A stretch of DNA of 64,000 bases from Octopus vulgaris (lineage: Eukaryota): positions 47,182,001-47,246,000 of the forward strand of contig OX597816.1 of assembly GCA_951406725.2 (NCBI GenBank), in the 5' to 3' direction. The notes below the pieces were generated by a model, which saw only the letters and a program-made list of their open reading frames with translations, did not search any database and was not told the origin of the DNA. The translations under genes were made by a program, and so were the position numbers. Below, one piece after another: positions 62,996 to 64,000 of this stretch. Position 1 is the stretch's first letter, and each line of letters begins with the position of its first letter.

Positions 62996-63286
62996 CATCT
63001 CAAAAATATATAGGCACCATCTTTTTCCTTTTTTTTGGGGTAGGTGGGGTGGAATTTATTTCTAGTAAGAATATAATCTCATTTGATGCATTTAGGTAAT
63101 TAATGCCTTGTGAAGTTTTGTTATGGTTTAATCAATTTGGGCATTGTTCTAAGGAGTCATGTCCACATAGAAAAAATGATTAAATGCGGGGTGTCTATTT
63201 ACTTTTAATCCGTCTGTGTACACTGACACACATAAACATGTGCACACACAGACGCTCATACACATACACAGTCAAACATACATTCA

Positions 63287-63427
63287 TATATATATTGAAA
63301 AAATGAATAGAAAAGGCTTTTCTGATAATTTTTCCACTTTAATAATTAAATGTTTATAAGTAAACTTATAAATATCTAATTATTGAAGTGGAAAAATTAT
63401 CAGAAAAGACATTTCTATTCATATTTT

Positions 63428-63438
<11 letters not shown>
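63287..63438. repeat. AT-rich palindrome with ~74-bp arms and a 4-nt loop
   Basis: ctgataatttttccactt...gtttataag|taaa|cttataaat...aagtggaaaaattatcag. Confidence 0.85.
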
Positions 63439-63468
<30 letters not shown>

Positions 63469-64000
63469 GAGTGTATTTTTACCTTGTTAACAATTAACAC
63501 GGAAAAAATAAATAAATAGTTACCAGGGTAGCAAAAATCTCACAAGTAAAGATGTTGTAATTCCTTGTTTATAAAGGTAGAAACTTCGTGTTTACATGGA
63601 ATATTTTGAATAATATATGAATAAATAAATGTTTTTATTTATTCATATATATATATATATATATATGTATATATCATTCAACTATGGTAGTAGTTGAATA
63701 ATATTCTTAAGGCTGCAATTTATTCACATGCAGCACCTTTCAGAGCTTGTTGCTAATTCAGTTCTTAACCAAAATGAAAACTGTCAACCTTTTTGAAGAT
63801 GAATGGTCATGAACTACATTTTGGCATAAAAAATATTGAGATTTGATCCAGTAGAAAAAGTTTATATCAAAATTTGTAGCAATGTTATAGGAGAATAAGT
63901 AATGTCACCAATCAAGTTTAGATCTAAATAACTTTTTTATTTTAAAAACAAAATATGTTTATCTTAGCTTCAATGATTGAAGAAAGCATGGAGAATTTCG

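Overview
AT-rich, repeat-dense animal genomic DNA. The tRNA-headed SINE families and compound microsatellites suggest an octopod cephalopod (inference). No host multi-exon CDS can be assembled; there is only a probable 3'UTR end (~1-620), a TE-free promoter-like block (~15830-17060) and one well-flanked candidate exon (25271-25437). The centrepiece is an apparently full-length non-LTR retrotransposon on the minus strand (~33527-38984). It has an uninterrupted APE-endonuclease/RT ORF2, an unusual ORF1 (Myb/SANT trihelix-like N-terminus plus a CCCH finger), a 16-unit modular tandem array in its putative 5'UTR, and a 3' stem-loop shared, with compensatory changes, with the dominant SINE family. 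Also present are three minimal hammerhead-ribozyme-like motifs (one inside a tRNA-headed SINE), a Tx1/L1-like 5' fragment nested in a TIR-complete mariner, several mariner/pogo/Tc1 derivatives and MITEs, CR1 and RTE fragments, a possible Helitron and many long inverted repeats. Most short ORFs in the track are microsatellite or SINE artefacts. All calls were made by eye, with no database searches.
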